The notes: generated by a model not told the origin, from the letters alone. DNA of 64,000 nucleotides from Alphaproteobacteria bacterium (GCA_965227515.1 CBDDFZ010000002.1:832001-896000), one strand, 5' to 3'; counted from the stretch's first letter, positions 38,677 to 49,296 are shown. Made by a program: numbers and translations.

Positions 38677-40860
38677 CTACATGAAGTTGTAGGGGTCGAC
38701 GTCCACCCCGATCCGCACGCGTGAGGAAACCTTCACGCGGCCGATCCAGGTGCGCACGATGTCCTGCACCTTGACGCTGCGCGCCGCATGCAACAGCAGC
38801 CGGCGCCGGTGCCGTCCGCGCAGCAGCGCCAGCGGCGCCTGCGCCGGGCCGAGCACGTGGATGAAGCCGTCCGGCCCCTTCACGTGCGGCGCGGTGCGGC
38901 CCAGGTCGGCGGCGGCCAGGTTGACCTCCGCCTCGTCCCGGCCCGACACCACGACGGCGACCAGCCGGCCGAACGGCGGCATGTTGTGGCGCCGCCGGCC
39001 CTCTTCCTCCACTGCCATGAAGCGCTCGCGGTCATAGGCGACCAGTGCCTGCATTACGTCGTGGTCGGGCATATACGTCTGTACCATCGCGCGCCCGGCC
39101 GCCGCGGCGCGGCCGGCCCGGCCCGACACCTGAGTCAGGAGCTGGAACGTGCGCTCGCCGCCGCGCAGATCGCCGCCCTGCAAGCCGAGATCGGCGTCGA
39201 TCACGCCGACCAGCGTCAGTTCCGGAAAGTGGTGGCCCTTGGCCAGCACCTGGGTGCCGACCAGCACGTCGATCTCGCCCGCCAGCATCGCCTGGCGCAG
39301 CGCCTCGCCGGCGCTCGGGCCATGCAGATTGTCGCTGGAGGCGACCACGACCCGCGCCTCCGGGAGCAGCGCCTGCACCTCTTCCGCCGCGCGTTCCACC
39401 CCCGGCCCGCAGGCGGCGAGCTGGTCCTCGGCATCGCAGGACGGGCACGTGCGCGGCATCGGTCCGCCATAGCCGCAATGGTGGCACATCAGGCGGCCGA
39501 TGCGCCGGTGCTCGACAAGCCATGTGGTGCAGTGCGGACACTCGAAGCGGTGGCCGCAGGCGCGGCAGATGGTCAGCGGGGCGTAGCCGCGCCGGTTCAG
39601 GAACAACAGCGCCTGCTGCTTGGCCGCCAGCGTTGCCTGCAACGCCTCGGCCAGCGGCGGCGACAGCCATTTGCCGGCGGGCGGTGCGTGCTGGCGCATG
39701 TCGATCAGCGCGATCTCGGGGCGCTCCGCCCCGCCGAAACGCTCCGGCAGCGGGATCGAGCGGTAGCGCCCGCGCGCCACATTTACCGCCGTTTCCATCG
39801 ACGGCGTGGCGGATGCCAGCACCAGCGGGATGTCGCCGAGCTGGGCACGCACCACCGCCATGTCGCGCGCCTGGTAGCAGACGCCGTCGTCCTGCTTGTA
39901 GGCGGCGTCGTGCTCCTCGTCGACCACCAGCAGGCCGAGGTCGGGATAGGGCAGGAACAGCGCCGAGCGCGCGCCGACGACCACCCGCGCGCCGCCGGTC
40001 GCCACCGCCCGCCAGGTGCGCTGGCGGACCTTCGCGCTCAGGTCGGAGTGCCACTGCGCCGGCGCCACCCCGAACCGCGCCTTGAAGCGGGCGAGCCAGT
40101 CCGGCGACAGCGCGATTTCCGGCAGCAGCACCAGGCACTGCCTGCCCTTCGCCAGGGCCGCGGCGATGGCCTCGAAATAGACCTCGGTCTTGCCGCTGCC
40201 GGTGACCCCGTCGAGCAGGGTGACACTGAACCCACCGTCCTGGACGGAGCTGCGCAGCTCCGCGGCGGCTGCTTCCTGCGCCTCGGTCAGCCTCGGCCCC
40301 TTGCCGGCCACATCGGGCACCTCGAACGCCACCTTTGGCCGTACCGCCTGCAGACCCAGGATACCGGCCTTGATCAGGCCCTGGACCACGCTGGTGCCGA
40401 CGCCGGCCACGGTCGCCAGCTCGCGCACGCTCAGCGCCGGTGCCTCGGTCACGGTGTCGATCACCCGCTCGCGCGCCGCGGTGCGCCGCACATCGGGCGC
40501 CTCGAATAACGGGCGCACGAGGTGGACGAGGTGGATCGGCGCCGGCGGCGACAGTGCGGCGGTCACGCTCATTGTCATCCGCATCACCGCCCCCGGCGCG
40601 GCGCAATAATAGTCGGCGACCCAATCGACGAACCGCCGCGAGACCTCGGGCAGGGGCGGGGCGTCCAGCCGGCCCGCCAGAGGTTTCAGCTTGTCGGGCG
40701 CCACGTCGCCCAGCGCCGGACCCCAGACGACGCCGATCACCTCGCGCCCGCCCAGCGGGGCGACGACGAAGTCGCCCTGGGCGACCTCCATGTCCTCCGG
40801 CACCGCATAGTCGAAGGCCCCGCCCAGCGGCAGGGGCAGCAGCACCGCAACCGTTTTCAT
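38677..40860 (-). CDS. priA: primosomal protein N' (replication restart helicase)
   Basis: GVTGSGKTEVY, DEEHD, SATPS, LNRRGY, four CxxC pairs, QVSGRAGR. Confidence 0.97.
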   Translation of the reverse strand: MKTVAVLLPLPLGGAFDYAVPEDMEVAQGDFVVAPLGGREVIGVVWGPALGDVAPDKLKPLAGRLDAPPLPEVSRRFVDWVADYYCAAPGAVMRMTMSVTAALSPPAPIHLVHLVRPLFEAPDVRRTAARERVIDTVTEAPALSVRELATVAGVGTSVVQGLIKAGILGLQAVRPKVAFEVPDVAGKGPRLTEAQEAAAAELRSSVQDGGFSVTLLDGVTGSGKTEVYFEAIAAALAKGRQCLVLLPEIALSPDWLARFKARFGVAPAQWHSDLSAKVRQRTWRAVATGGARVVVGARSALFLPYPDLGLLVVDEEHDAAYKQDDGVCYQARDMAVVRAQLGDIPLVLASATPSMETAVNVARGRYRSIPLPERFGGAERPEIALIDMRQHAPPAGKWLSPPLAEALQATLAAKQQALLFLNRRGYAPLTICRACGHRFECPHCTTWLVEHRRIGRLMCHHCGYGGPMPRTCPSCDAEDQLAACGPGVERAAEEVQALLPEARVVVASSDNLHGPSAGEALRQAMLAGEIDVLVGTQVLAKGHHFPELTLVGVIDADLGLQGGDLRGGERTFQLLTQVSGRAGRAAAAGRAMVQTYMPDHDVMQALVAYDRERFMAVEEEGRRRHNMPPFGRLVAVVVSGRDEAEVNLAAADLGRTAPHVKGPDGFIHVLGPAQAPLALLRGRHRRRLLLHAARSVKVQDIVRTWIGRVKVSSRVRIGVDVDPYNFM

Positions 40861-41030
40861 CGGCGGCCCGCATGGTGCTTCACGTGAAACCGGGTGCGTG
40901 CGATCCGGGATTGAGCTAGACATTGGGCCAGGAAATCAGGCCGGTACGCGACTGCAGGGCGGCGGAACCGCCGCAGGCGAAGTGCGGAACCGCACCCGGC
41001 CGTTCGTCGCGACACGAAGGAAGCGCCACA

Positions 41031-41714
41031 ATGAAATTCTTCATCGACACCGCCGACGTCGCCCAGATCCGCGATCTCGCCGAGACCGGGCTGGTGGATG
41101 GCGTCACCACCAACCCGTCGCTGATCGCGAAGTCCGGCGGCGACTTCATCGAAACGATCAGGGAAATCTGCGGCATCGTGAGCGGCCCGGTCAGTGCGGA
41201 GGTGACGGCGACCGACCACGAGACCATGCTGGCCGAGGGTCGCCATCTGGCGAAGATCGCCGACAACGTGGCGGTCAAGGTACCCCTGACCGTCGACGGG
41301 TTGAAGACCTGCAAGGCGCTGCGCAGCGACGGCATCATGGTCAACGTCACTCTATGCTTCACGCCGGCGCAGGCGATCCTGGCCGCCAAGGCCGACGCCA
41401 CGTTCATCTCGCCCTTCGTCGGCCGGCTGGACGACACCGGGGTGGAGGGCATGGACCTGATCGGCGACATCGTGTCCATCTATGCCGCCTACGAGGCGTT
41501 CACGACCGAGGTGCTGGTCGCCTCGGTCCGCAACGTGCACCACGTGGCCGAATCCGCGCGCCTGGGCGCTCACGTGATCACCATGCCGCCGGACCTGTTG
41601 CACAAGATGTTCGCCCATCCGCTGACCGACAAGGGCCTGGCCGCTTTCCTGGCCGACTGGGAGAAGACCGGCCAGTCGATCCTGGACCGGCCGATCGGCC
41701 AAGCAGCGGAATAG
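41031..41714 (+). CDS. fsa: transaldolase/fructose-6-phosphate aldolase (TalC/FSA type)
   Basis: [46 protein letters not shown]. Confidence 0.95.
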   Translation: MKFFIDTADVAQIRDLAETGLVDGVTTNPSLIAKSGGDFIETIREICGIVSGPVSAEVTATDHETMLAEGRHLAKIADNVAVKVPLTVDGLKTCKALRSDGIMVNVTLCFTPAQAILAAKADATFISPFVGRLDDTGVEGMDLIGDIVSIYAAYEAFTTEVLVASVRNVHHVAESARLGAHVITMPPDLLHKMFAHPLTDKGLAAFLADWEKTGQSILDRPIGQAAE

Positions 41715-41802
41715 TCCGGCGATATTGGCCTGCCGGTTGCCAGTTCGCGCGCCGTGCGGCTGGTGTATGTTACCGGCAAGATGATTCGCGAGGGAGTAAG
41801 CG

Positions 41803-42546
41803 TTGGCGGACAGCACTGACCGGGCCGACGAGGGCGTTACGGATCTGAACGAGGCGGCGGTCGCGGACTATCTGCGCCGCCATCCCGACTTCCTGCACCG
41901 GTATCCCAAGATCGTGGAGGCGCTGGAGGCGCCGGACCGCTTCGCCGAGACCAATGGCCAGGTTGTCGACCTGCAGCGATTCATGGTCGACCGGCTGCGC
42001 AACGATATCGACGCCGCCCACAGCCGCACCGCCGCGCTGATCGACACCAGCCGCGAGAACCTGGTTGGCCAGCGCCGCATCCACGAGGCCGTGCTGGCGA
42101 TGCTCGGCGCCACCGACATCGACCAGTTCATCGACATCGTCACCACCGATTTCGCCGTGGTGCTGGACGTCGATGTGGTCGCGATCGCGCTGGAGATGGA
42201 GATCCCCGGCCTGTCGACCGAGCTGTCCCAGCATGTCGCGGTGCTCGACCCCGGCATGGTCGAGCAGATCTTCCCGTCCGGGTCGGACGCTTTGTTGCGC
42301 GACGCCGACCAGCCGGCGCCGGACCGCGCGGCGATCTATGGCGGCGGCGCGGGCCTGATCGACTCAGATGCCGTGTTGCGCCTGCGCGTTGGGCCGCTGG
42401 AGGACGACGCCCCGGCGATCAACGGGCTGATGGCCTTCGGTGCCCGCGAGCCGGACAAGTTCTCACCCGACCAGGGCGCGGAGCTGCTGCTGTTCCTGGC
42501 CCGGGCGCTGGAACGCACCCTGACCCTGTGGTTGCTGCGGGGTTAG
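41803..42546 (+). CDS. DUF484 family protein (YigA-like, GAF-like)
   Basis: VADYLRRHPDFL, VVDLQRFMVDRLR, FSPDQGAELLLFLAR. Confidence 0.85.
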   Translation: MADSTDRADEGVTDLNEAAVADYLRRHPDFLHRYPKIVEALEAPDRFAETNGQVVDLQRFMVDRLRNDIDAAHSRTAALIDTSRENLVGQRRIHEAVLAMLGATDIDQFIDIVTTDFAVVLDVDVVAIALEMEIPGLSTELSQHVAVLDPGMVEQIFPSGSDALLRDADQPAPDRAAIYGGGAGLIDSDAVLRLRVGPLEDDAPAINGLMAFGAREPDKFSPDQGAELLLFLARALERTLTLWLLRG

Positions 42547-42582
42547 TTACACACCGAGACGCGGAAACGTCCGACCCCTATT

Positions 42583-42692
42583 CGTCATTGCGAGGAGCGC
42601 CTGTTACGGCGCGACGCGGCAATCCAGAGCAACCTGCGCGACGTCACGTTAATCGCCTGGATCGCGTCGTCGTTTCACTCCTCGCGATGACG
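42583..42692. repeat. RPE/REP-like palindromic element, related to 4937..5042
   Basis: cgtcattgcgaggag...gcaatccag...ctggatcgc...ctcctcgcgatgacg. Confidence 0.8.
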
Positions 42693-42749
42693 CCAGAATG
42701 GGTGACGAGACTCGAAACTGTTGCAGCAGGCTCGCCCCCTTCCGCCCCC

Positions 42750-44723
42750 TCAGCGCGTGGTCATGGTGAACGTGCCGCGCGGCACCTTGAAATCGGGCCG
42801 CAGGTCGTCGACGCACGACGTGTCGAGCGCCGCCGTCGGGTCCTCGATGAAGGCCACCCCCAGGTCGCGTGCGCACTGGCTGAACATGATCGCGCCGTGC
42901 CCGGTCTCGGGCATCACCAACGCGGTGGCGTTGGGCAAGTGGCGCGCGGTCTCCGGCCCCCAGCTCGCGGCGGTCTGCGTGTCGAGCATGCCGGAGAACA
43001 CCAGGGTTGGGATCTCGCTGGTGACCGGATCGTGGAAGCCGGGCCGCGGATGGCTCTCGAACAAGGCGCAGTTCTCGTAGAAGCCGGCCATCAGGAACTC
43101 GAACTCCGCTTCGATCCGCTCCGGGAAGTCCAACTCGGCATGGATGGCGACCTGGCCTTGCGGTGAGTTGTCGTCCATGTCCTCCTGGCAGGCATAGATC
43201 ATCAGCTCGAAGTCCGCGCGCAGGACCTGGATCAGGTCCTCGTTGTCGGCGGTCACCAGCCGGAACGTCTCGATGATGTCGGCCTCGTTCATCAGGTCGA
43301 TGAAGGACGTCAGCCGCGTCGCCGTTTCGGGCGGGAAGTGCGTTGCCACCAGTTCTCTCAGCGCTTCCGCCGACGGCTCCACGCCACGCAGCGCGAGGTA
43401 ATCCTCGAACAGGTCGACCTGCTCTTCGTAGCTCGGCAGCTCGTCCTTGGCCTCGGTCAACTCCTGGTCGAAGATCGCGGCCAGGGTGGCGCCGGAGCGA
43501 ACCGCCGCCGCGCCGCTTTCAAGCTGCATGCCGATCTCGCTGATCGTTTCGAGCGCGTAGCCGATCTCCTCGGCCTCGCGCAGTATGGCGAATGCCAGGG
43601 CCAGTTCGTTCGGCGTGATGTCCGGCGACGCTTCGTCGAGCACGCTGGAGACGGTGCGCGCCGGCGGCAGGGAGCCGTTCCAGATCGCCTCGAACGTCGT
43701 GGTGTCGCCGGCGGTCAGTTCACCAACCACGAGCGGCAGATAGGCGGTCAGCCCGCGCGGCACATGCCATGCGTTGCGCATGGCGAACAGATCGAACAGG
43801 TCATAGGCGGTGATCTCGGTGCCGAGGAACGGCATCGGGTCGTCGTAGAGCCTGTCCAGCAGCGCCCAGGTGTCTTCGCGCAGGTTGGGGAACGCCGTGT
43901 TGCAGGCATCGTCTGCGGCGCATTGCTCGAACACCGCATGGAACGATTCGGCAATGGGGACAAGCAGGGTGTCGTAGAGCGGAATGTGCGGCGACGCGAC
44001 GGAGTCCAGAACCACGGACCGCACGCCTTCGGGAACGGACCGCATCACTTCCAGCGCCAGCTTGGTGCCATAGGAGATGCCGTAGATGTTGTATTCCGGG
44101 TAGCCCAGGGCCCGCATCACGGCCTGCACGTCGCGCGCGTTCTGATAGGTGTTGATCAGCGAGACATCGGTGCCGGTCGCCGCGATCTCGGCGAGGCAGT
44201 CGGCCGTCAGGTCGTTGGCCAGGTTGGGCACCGCCACGCCATAGAGCGCGTCGGATATGACCTCGTAGTTCTCCGACACCGTCCTGAAGCAGGAAATGGA
44301 GTCGCGGGATGCATCGGCGCCGCGCTGGTCGAACACGACGACGTCGCGGCGGCGGCGCAGTTCCTCGAACACCAGGCTGATGAACGACACCGCCTCCACC
44401 GTGCCGCCACCGGGCCCGCCGTGCAGGTAGACGACGGCATCCGACGCCGGCGCCAGCGAGCGCGACTTGTAGATGACGAAGCTGAGCTCGATGTCCCGCC
44501 CGAACAGCGCACCGTGATCGAACGGCACGCTGACGGTGCCGCAAATCACGGTCTCGCCCTCGATCTCAACCTGGCCATTGCCGGAGATCGGGCGCGAGCA
44601 CGGTGCTGCCGCAACTTCGTAGCGGCTGTCGGCGCCGCCTGCCGCGACGACCGGAAACTGCGAAGCATCCGGCTCCGCCGACAAAAGGGCGGCCACCATT
44701 GCGAAGATTTGATCGGGCGTCAC
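42750..44723 (-). CDS. alpha/beta hydrolase (TAP/tripeptidyl-peptidase-like) with large acidic insertion
   Basis: YLHGGPGG, FDQRG, YGISYGT (Ser), SGMLDTQT (Asp), ETGHG (His). Confidence 0.85.
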   Translation of the reverse strand: MTPDQIFAMVAALLSAEPDASQFPVVAAGGADSRYEVAAAPCSRPISGNGQVEIEGETVICGTVSVPFDHGALFGRDIELSFVIYKSRSLAPASDAVVYLHGGPGGGTVEAVSFISLVFEELRRRRDVVVFDQRGADASRDSISCFRTVSENYEVISDALYGVAVPNLANDLTADCLAEIAATGTDVSLINTYQNARDVQAVMRALGYPEYNIYGISYGTKLALEVMRSVPEGVRSVVLDSVASPHIPLYDTLLVPIAESFHAVFEQCAADDACNTAFPNLREDTWALLDRLYDDPMPFLGTEITAYDLFDLFAMRNAWHVPRGLTAYLPLVVGELTAGDTTTFEAIWNGSLPPARTVSSVLDEASPDITPNELALAFAILREAEEIGYALETISEIGMQLESGAAAVRSGATLAAIFDQELTEAKDELPSYEEQVDLFEDYLALRGVEPSAEALRELVATHFPPETATRLTSFIDLMNEADIIETFRLVTADNEDLIQVLRADFELMIYACQEDMDDNSPQGQVAIHAELDFPERIEAEFEFLMAGFYENCALFESHPRPGFHDPVTSEIPTLVFSGMLDTQTAASWGPETARHLPNATALVMPETGHGAIMFSQCARDLGVAFIEDPTAALDTSCVDDLRPDFKVPRGTFTMTTR

Positions 44724-44943
44724 CAGAAGCCTCCGAGGCCGGCTGGTACTGCGGTCTCTGTGCCCCTAGGCGGAGTCCATGCGCGCGAGGCCGCTGCCGG
44801 CAGGCGAGGCTCGGCGATGGCGTCTGTCCCCCACAAGACGCTGGTTGCCGCAGTTGCGCTTCAAGGGGCGGGCCCAGAATTCACGTAATATTGGAGGCAA
44901 AACCGCCGGCGGTGTCAATCCGACCGAGCGGCGTCGGCTGGTG

Positions 44944-45306
44944 CTATTCCTCGATCTCCGGCACGCTGACGACTTCGATTTCGATCGCACTGAAATAGGC
45001 GGCGACGTCCTCGATGTTCTTGTCGCTGAGGCCCTGGGCGATGATCGACATTTGCTGGTGCTGGCGCTCGCCATCGCGGAACGCGCGCAGTTGGTTGATC
45101 AGGTAGATCTCGCTCTCGCCGCCGATGTTGGGCGCGTCGGGCTGCACCGCCATGCCGTCGAGGCCGTGGCACACCGCACACTGATTGGCCAGCGCGCGGC
45201 CCGAGGCGATGTCGCCGGCATGGGCGGCAGGCGCCAACAGGCTGATCGACAACCCTGCGAGCACGACGCGCGCAATCCTGGTGCCGGTCCGGTTCGGTTC
45301 GGTCAC
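44944..45306 (-). CDS. monoheme class I cytochrome c (c553/c4-like)
   Basis: AGGAG RBS plus GTG; CAVCHG, PNIGGE...YLINQLRAFRDGER...M. Confidence 0.9.
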   Translation of the reverse strand: MTEPNRTGTRIARVVLAGLSISLLAPAAHAGDIASGRALANQCAVCHGLDGMAVQPDAPNIGGESEIYLINQLRAFRDGERQHQQMSIIAQGLSDKNIEDVAAYFSAIEIEVVSVPEIEE

Positions 45307-45424
45307 TATCTCGCTCCTGTTTGCATCCCAGATCCGGCCGGCCCAGCGGTTCGATGCCCTTGTCACTGTAACGGGCGGCCATCGTCGTGAGGTGCGCGAT
45401 CGCTGCGCCACCGGCCCAGCCATC

Positions 45425-45457
45425 AAAAATGGGCCCTCGCCACAAGGGCGAGGGCGT
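45425..45457 (-). terminator. hairpin plus T-run between the dehydrogenase and cytochrome c genes
   Basis: gccctcgcc/ggcgagggc stem followed by catttttg on the minus strand. Confidence 0.5.
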
Positions 45458-45508
45458 CAAGTCTGCAGATCGTATGTTTTGCCTTGTTAGGCGTCCGGCG
45501 GTGCCGTC

Positions 45509-46753
45509 CTACTCCGCGCTATAGGAGATGCGATAGATCGCACCCGCCAGGTCGTCGGAGACCAGGATCGAGCCGTCGGGCAGTTGTTGCACGTCGACCG
45601 GGCGGCCCCAGTATTCGCCGGTGTCCATCAGCCAACCCTCGGCAAACGGCACGCTCTCGGCCGCGCCGCCTTCCTCGTTCAGGCTGGTGAACATGACGCG
45701 GGCGCCAACCGGCTCGGTGCGGTTCCACGAGCCGTGCTGTGCGGAGAAGATGCCGCCCTGGTACTCGGCCGGGAACATGCTGCCCGTGTAGAACATCATG
45801 CCCAGGTCGGCCGCGTGGGCCACCATCTCGACCTCTGGGAAGATCACGCCTTCCGGCACGACCTCGCCGGCATACTCGTTGGTGCGGGTGTCGCCGCCGC
45901 CATACCACGGGAAGCCGAAGTTCTGGCCGATGGAGGTGGCGCGGTTCAGCTCGCCGGGCGGGATGTCGTCGCCCATGCCGTCGACCTGGTTGTCGGTGAA
46001 CCACAGCTCGCCATTGGCCGGGTTGAACGCATGCCCGACCGAGTTGCGGACGCCGGTGGCATAGACCTGCCGGCCGGTGCCGTCCCGGTTCATGCGGATG
46101 ATGCCGCCAATGCCCGTTTCGGCATAGAGCTCAGCCTTCTCAGGCGGCTGCACGTTGAACGGCTGGCCGAGCGTGACATACAGCCGGTCGTCGGGCCCGA
46201 TGGAGCAGGTCCGCGCACCGTGGTTGAAGGATTCCTCCTCGACCGGGATCAGCTCGCCCTGGGGCACCACGATGCCGACCGCCACGTCCGGGCTCTCGTA
46301 GAAGAACTCGGCCGCCGGGAACACCATGATCCGGTTGTGCTCGGCGATGTACAGGAACCCGTCCTGGCTGAAGCATACGCCGTTCGGCACCGCGAAATCG
46401 ATCGACGGCGCGAAGCGCTTCACCTCGTCGGCGACGCGGTCGCGATTGCGGTCGGTCACGACATAGACGTCGGTCTTGCGGGTGCCGACGAAGACGGCCA
46501 CGTTGGTGCCGACAGCCATGTGCCGGGCGTCCGGCACGATGGCGAACAGGTCGATGCTGAAGCCGTCCGGCATCGTGATGCGCTCAAGGTTCGCGCGTAG
46601 CTGATCGGCATATTCGCCGGTCTGCTCGATCACGGGTATGTCGAGCGATGTACCCGTGGTCTGAAATTGTTGCAATCGGTCGAGATTGTCAGCCATAGCG
46701 GCGCCGGCACCAAGCAGTGCTGCCACCGACGCCAAGAGCGTCGTCCGAAGCAT
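45509..46753 (-). CDS. PQQ-dependent sugar/sorbosone dehydrogenase family beta-propeller
   Basis: GAGGAGG RBS; signal peptide; YATGVRNSVG, WFTDN, GELN, AQHGSWNR, GRPVDV, SDD. Confidence 0.88.
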   Translation of the reverse strand: MLRTTLLASVAALLGAGAAMADNLDRLQQFQTTGTSLDIPVIEQTGEYADQLRANLERITMPDGFSIDLFAIVPDARHMAVGTNVAVFVGTRKTDVYVVTDRNRDRVADEVKRFAPSIDFAVPNGVCFSQDGFLYIAEHNRIMVFPAAEFFYESPDVAVGIVVPQGELIPVEEESFNHGARTCSIGPDDRLYVTLGQPFNVQPPEKAELYAETGIGGIIRMNRDGTGRQVYATGVRNSVGHAFNPANGELWFTDNQVDGMGDDIPPGELNRATSIGQNFGFPWYGGGDTRTNEYAGEVVPEGVIFPEVEMVAHAADLGMMFYTGSMFPAEYQGGIFSAQHGSWNRTEPVGARVMFTSLNEEGGAAESVPFAEGWLMDTGEYWGRPVDVQQLPDGSILVSDDLAGAIYRISYSAE

Positions 46754-46891
46754 GTGTATCCTCCTCAAGTTTCTCGTTGGAAGTTCTTGAGCGAGCCCGG
46801 GGGAGCCCGCTGAAATCGAGTATAGCGGCCCGTCGGAAACTGACCAGCAGTCGTATCCGATTTGTGACCGGTCCATAGTCCGGCGTGGTAA

Positions 46892-46964
46892 TTAATAGGG
46901 GATCAGGCCCCGGATCAGGTAGGCGACGCCGGCGACCACCGCGAGACCGGCGACCCACAACGCC
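46892..46964 (-). pseudogene. displaced duplicate 3' fragment of the DUF2474-like gene
   Basis: Encodes ALWVAGLAVVAGVAYLIRGLIPY-stop, with no cognate start. Confidence 0.7.
46911..46964. repeat. 54-bp direct repeat, copy 1 (att-like)
   Basis: cggatcaggtaggcgacgccggcgaccaccgcgagaccggcgacccacaacgcc; one mismatch to 49316..49369. Confidence 0.9.
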
Positions 46965-46974
46965 GCCAACCGGA

Positions 46975-48633
46975 TCAGGCGGGCAGGCCGAGCGCGCTCA
47001 GTCCGTCGCCAAGTCGGTCGAGGAAGCTCGCCGTGAACGGCACCGCGGCCACCACCTCGGATACAGTCACCCCCGGTCTGTAGCGCCTCAGGTTGTCGAG
47101 AGCTTCTTGCGCCGCCCTGCGTTCTCCGGTTCGTGCATAAGCGACCGACAGGCTCCGGTTCGCCCATACGGTGCCCGGCTGCTCCACGATTGCCTTGCGC
47201 AACCAGGATACGGCATGCGGGTAGCGTCCGGCACCGAAATGGGCGCTGCCGATGCCGGCATAAAGATTGGCACGCGCGGAGCGCGGGCTCAGCGATATGG
47301 CACGGCGGAAGTGCCCAATGGCCGACGACGCCTCCCCGCGATAGGCGTGCAGCCAGCCGCGACGGCCCCAGGCCCAGCCACAGGTCGGCTCGATCGCCAG
47401 CGCGCGTGCCACGAATGCTTCGGCGGCATCGAAATTCTGGGACATGATTTGGACAGCGCCAAGAGCCGTCAGTGCCAGAGGATCGCGATCCTCCAGAATT
47501 GCGGCCCGGCGAGATAGTTTCTCCGCTTGCTGGCGCGCATCGTCCGGCATGTCGGTGCCGCTGAGCATCACAAGCTGGCCGTAGCCCCACGCCGCGAGTG
47601 CGCTGGCCAGCCCGTAGTCGGGGTCAATATCCAGCGCTGCATGCAGAAGTGCCAGTGCACGCCGCGCACCATCGGCCTGGGACGAGAACAGATATGGCAT
47701 GGCCCGGGTCGTAAGACCGTAGGCGTCCAGACAACGGGGCGGCACTGCCTGTACCCGCCGGATTTCGCCGTCGCGTATTTGCGCTGGGACTGCCTGCACG
47801 ACGCACGCGATGGCTTTGTCCATCAACTGCAACGGTGCGTCGCGGGCGCTGTCGATGGTGTCGCCCCACACATGCTGCCCCGTCGCGGTTTCGGCCAACC
47901 GGAGGATGAGTCTGGTCCGATTCTGGGAGGGCAGGAGACTGCCTGCCAAGAAGTAGCGGGCACCAAGGTCGCGCGCGGCTGCCTCGGGTTGACGCAGTGC
48001 CGTACCTCGGGATGTGGGAAGCATGACGGCCAGCGAGCCGAGCGAGCCCAGCGCCGACGCGATCGCCTCGGCGGTCGCCTCCAGGAACAATGTATGCTGC
48101 GACTGGTACCCCCCGCCGGAGCCGAGCAGGACGGCGATCGAGGGTCTTGTGCGCGAGCCCAGGCCCGTCGGCCGCAGAGCAAACCCGCGGTCGTTGGACG
48201 ATGCCGATGGCTCGTTGGCCGGAGCGTCGGTGGCCTCCGAGACGGCGTCCCTACGCCTTCCAGACTGTGCCCGCCGCAGCGTCGTTGATGGAAGCTCACC
48301 GAAATGACGCCGATACGCCTGCGCGAAACGGCCCTGGTGGTTGAACAGATAGCGGCCCGCAACCTTCGTGACCGAAATGTCCGGCGTTCCGGTCAGCAGT
48401 GCCTCGCGCGCTGCGGTCAGGCGTAGCCGGCGCAGGTATTTGCTGGGCGAAAGGCCGAGAAACGCGCGGAAGTGTTCCGAGAGCGTACGTTCGGCCACGC
48501 CGCAGCGGGCGGCGAGCGTCGCCGTGGTGCACGGTGAGCGGAGCGATTGCCGCAGAAGCAGGACAGCCCGCCTGACATCCTCGGGGACCGGTCCACAACC
48601 GCTGTCGGCCACACCCTCCCGTCGTGCCGGCAT
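46975..48633 (-). CDS. AraC HTH + TolB-like + TPR transcriptional regulator (start uncertain)
   Basis: LAARCGVAERTLSEHFRAFLGLSPSKYLRRLRL...FNHQGRFAQAYRRHFGELPSTTL; RPSIAVL; QHVWGD; TPR helices. Confidence 0.8.
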   Translation of the reverse strand: MPARREGVADSGCGPVPEDVRRAVLLLRQSLRSPCTTATLAARCGVAERTLSEHFRAFLGLSPSKYLRRLRLTAAREALLTGTPDISVTKVAGRYLFNHQGRFAQAYRRHFGELPSTTLRRAQSGRRRDAVSEATDAPANEPSASSNDRGFALRPTGLGSRTRPSIAVLLGSGGGYQSQHTLFLEATAEAIASALGSLGSLAVMLPTSRGTALRQPEAAARDLGARYFLAGSLLPSQNRTRLILRLAETATGQHVWGDTIDSARDAPLQLMDKAIACVVQAVPAQIRDGEIRRVQAVPPRCLDAYGLTTRAMPYLFSSQADGARRALALLHAALDIDPDYGLASALAAWGYGQLVMLSGTDMPDDARQQAEKLSRRAAILEDRDPLALTALGAVQIMSQNFDAAEAFVARALAIEPTCGWAWGRRGWLHAYRGEASSAIGHFRRAISLSPRSARANLYAGIGSAHFGAGRYPHAVSWLRKAIVEQPGTVWANRSLSVAYARTGERRAAQEALDNLRRYRPGVTVSEVVAAVPFTASFLDRLGDGLSALGLPA

Positions 48634-48790
48634 TCCAACCCCTTGTGCAAATGCACCTGATATCGCCAGGCGCCCACTTCGATGCCGATTCCGGATAGTC
48701 GTGCCGAGAGCGGATATCTGCCGGGACGCGCGCCTCTCACTCTCACGATTCTGACCTGCAAGCGCAGGGCCGTCGCGGAGGGCGAGAGCG

Positions 48791-49255
48791 ATGCAAGTGC
48801 TGATGACGGTGATCCTGATATGGCTTTCTGTCAACTTCGGGTTGCCGGCAACGTTTGAGCTGCCACGCGTGGTGTTCGCCTCGTCGGAGACGATGGCGCA
48901 CGTCCGCGCCGTTCGGTCGTCGTCGGAAAACGGGCAGCACCCGGCACCCTCCACGCTTGCGGCTGACCTGGGCGCCGGTGGCCACGTTTTTGCGATGTAT
49001 GACGATGCCACACGAACCATCTACCTGCCGTTGGGCTGGAACATCTTGTCCGCGGCCGACGGTTCGATGCTGGTGCACGAGATGGTACACCACCTCCAGA
49101 ACGTGGCCGGAATGGCGTTTGCCTGCGCCGGCGCGCGCGAAAAGGACGCCTACCGAGCCCAAGAATCCTGGCTCGCCGTCCATGGGCAGACACTTGAAGG
49201 CACGTTCGGCGTGGATCCGATGACCGTGCTGGTGCGGACCAACTGCATGAATTGA
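48791..49255 (+). CDS. DUF6647-like secreted protein with HExxH motif
   Basis: WLSVNFGLPA, AMYDDATRTIYL, LVHEMVHHLQ, CAGAREKDAY.AQ..WL, RTNC. Confidence 0.75.
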   Translation: MQVLMTVILIWLSVNFGLPATFELPRVVFASSETMAHVRAVRSSSENGQHPAPSTLAADLGAGGHVFAMYDDATRTIYLPLGWNILSAADGSMLVHEMVHHLQNVAGMAFACAGAREKDAYRAQESWLAVHGQTLEGTFGVDPMTVLVRTNCMN

Positions 49256-49296
49256 GCCCACGCTGGTTCGTCCCGCAATGAGCGATGTGTCCTACA

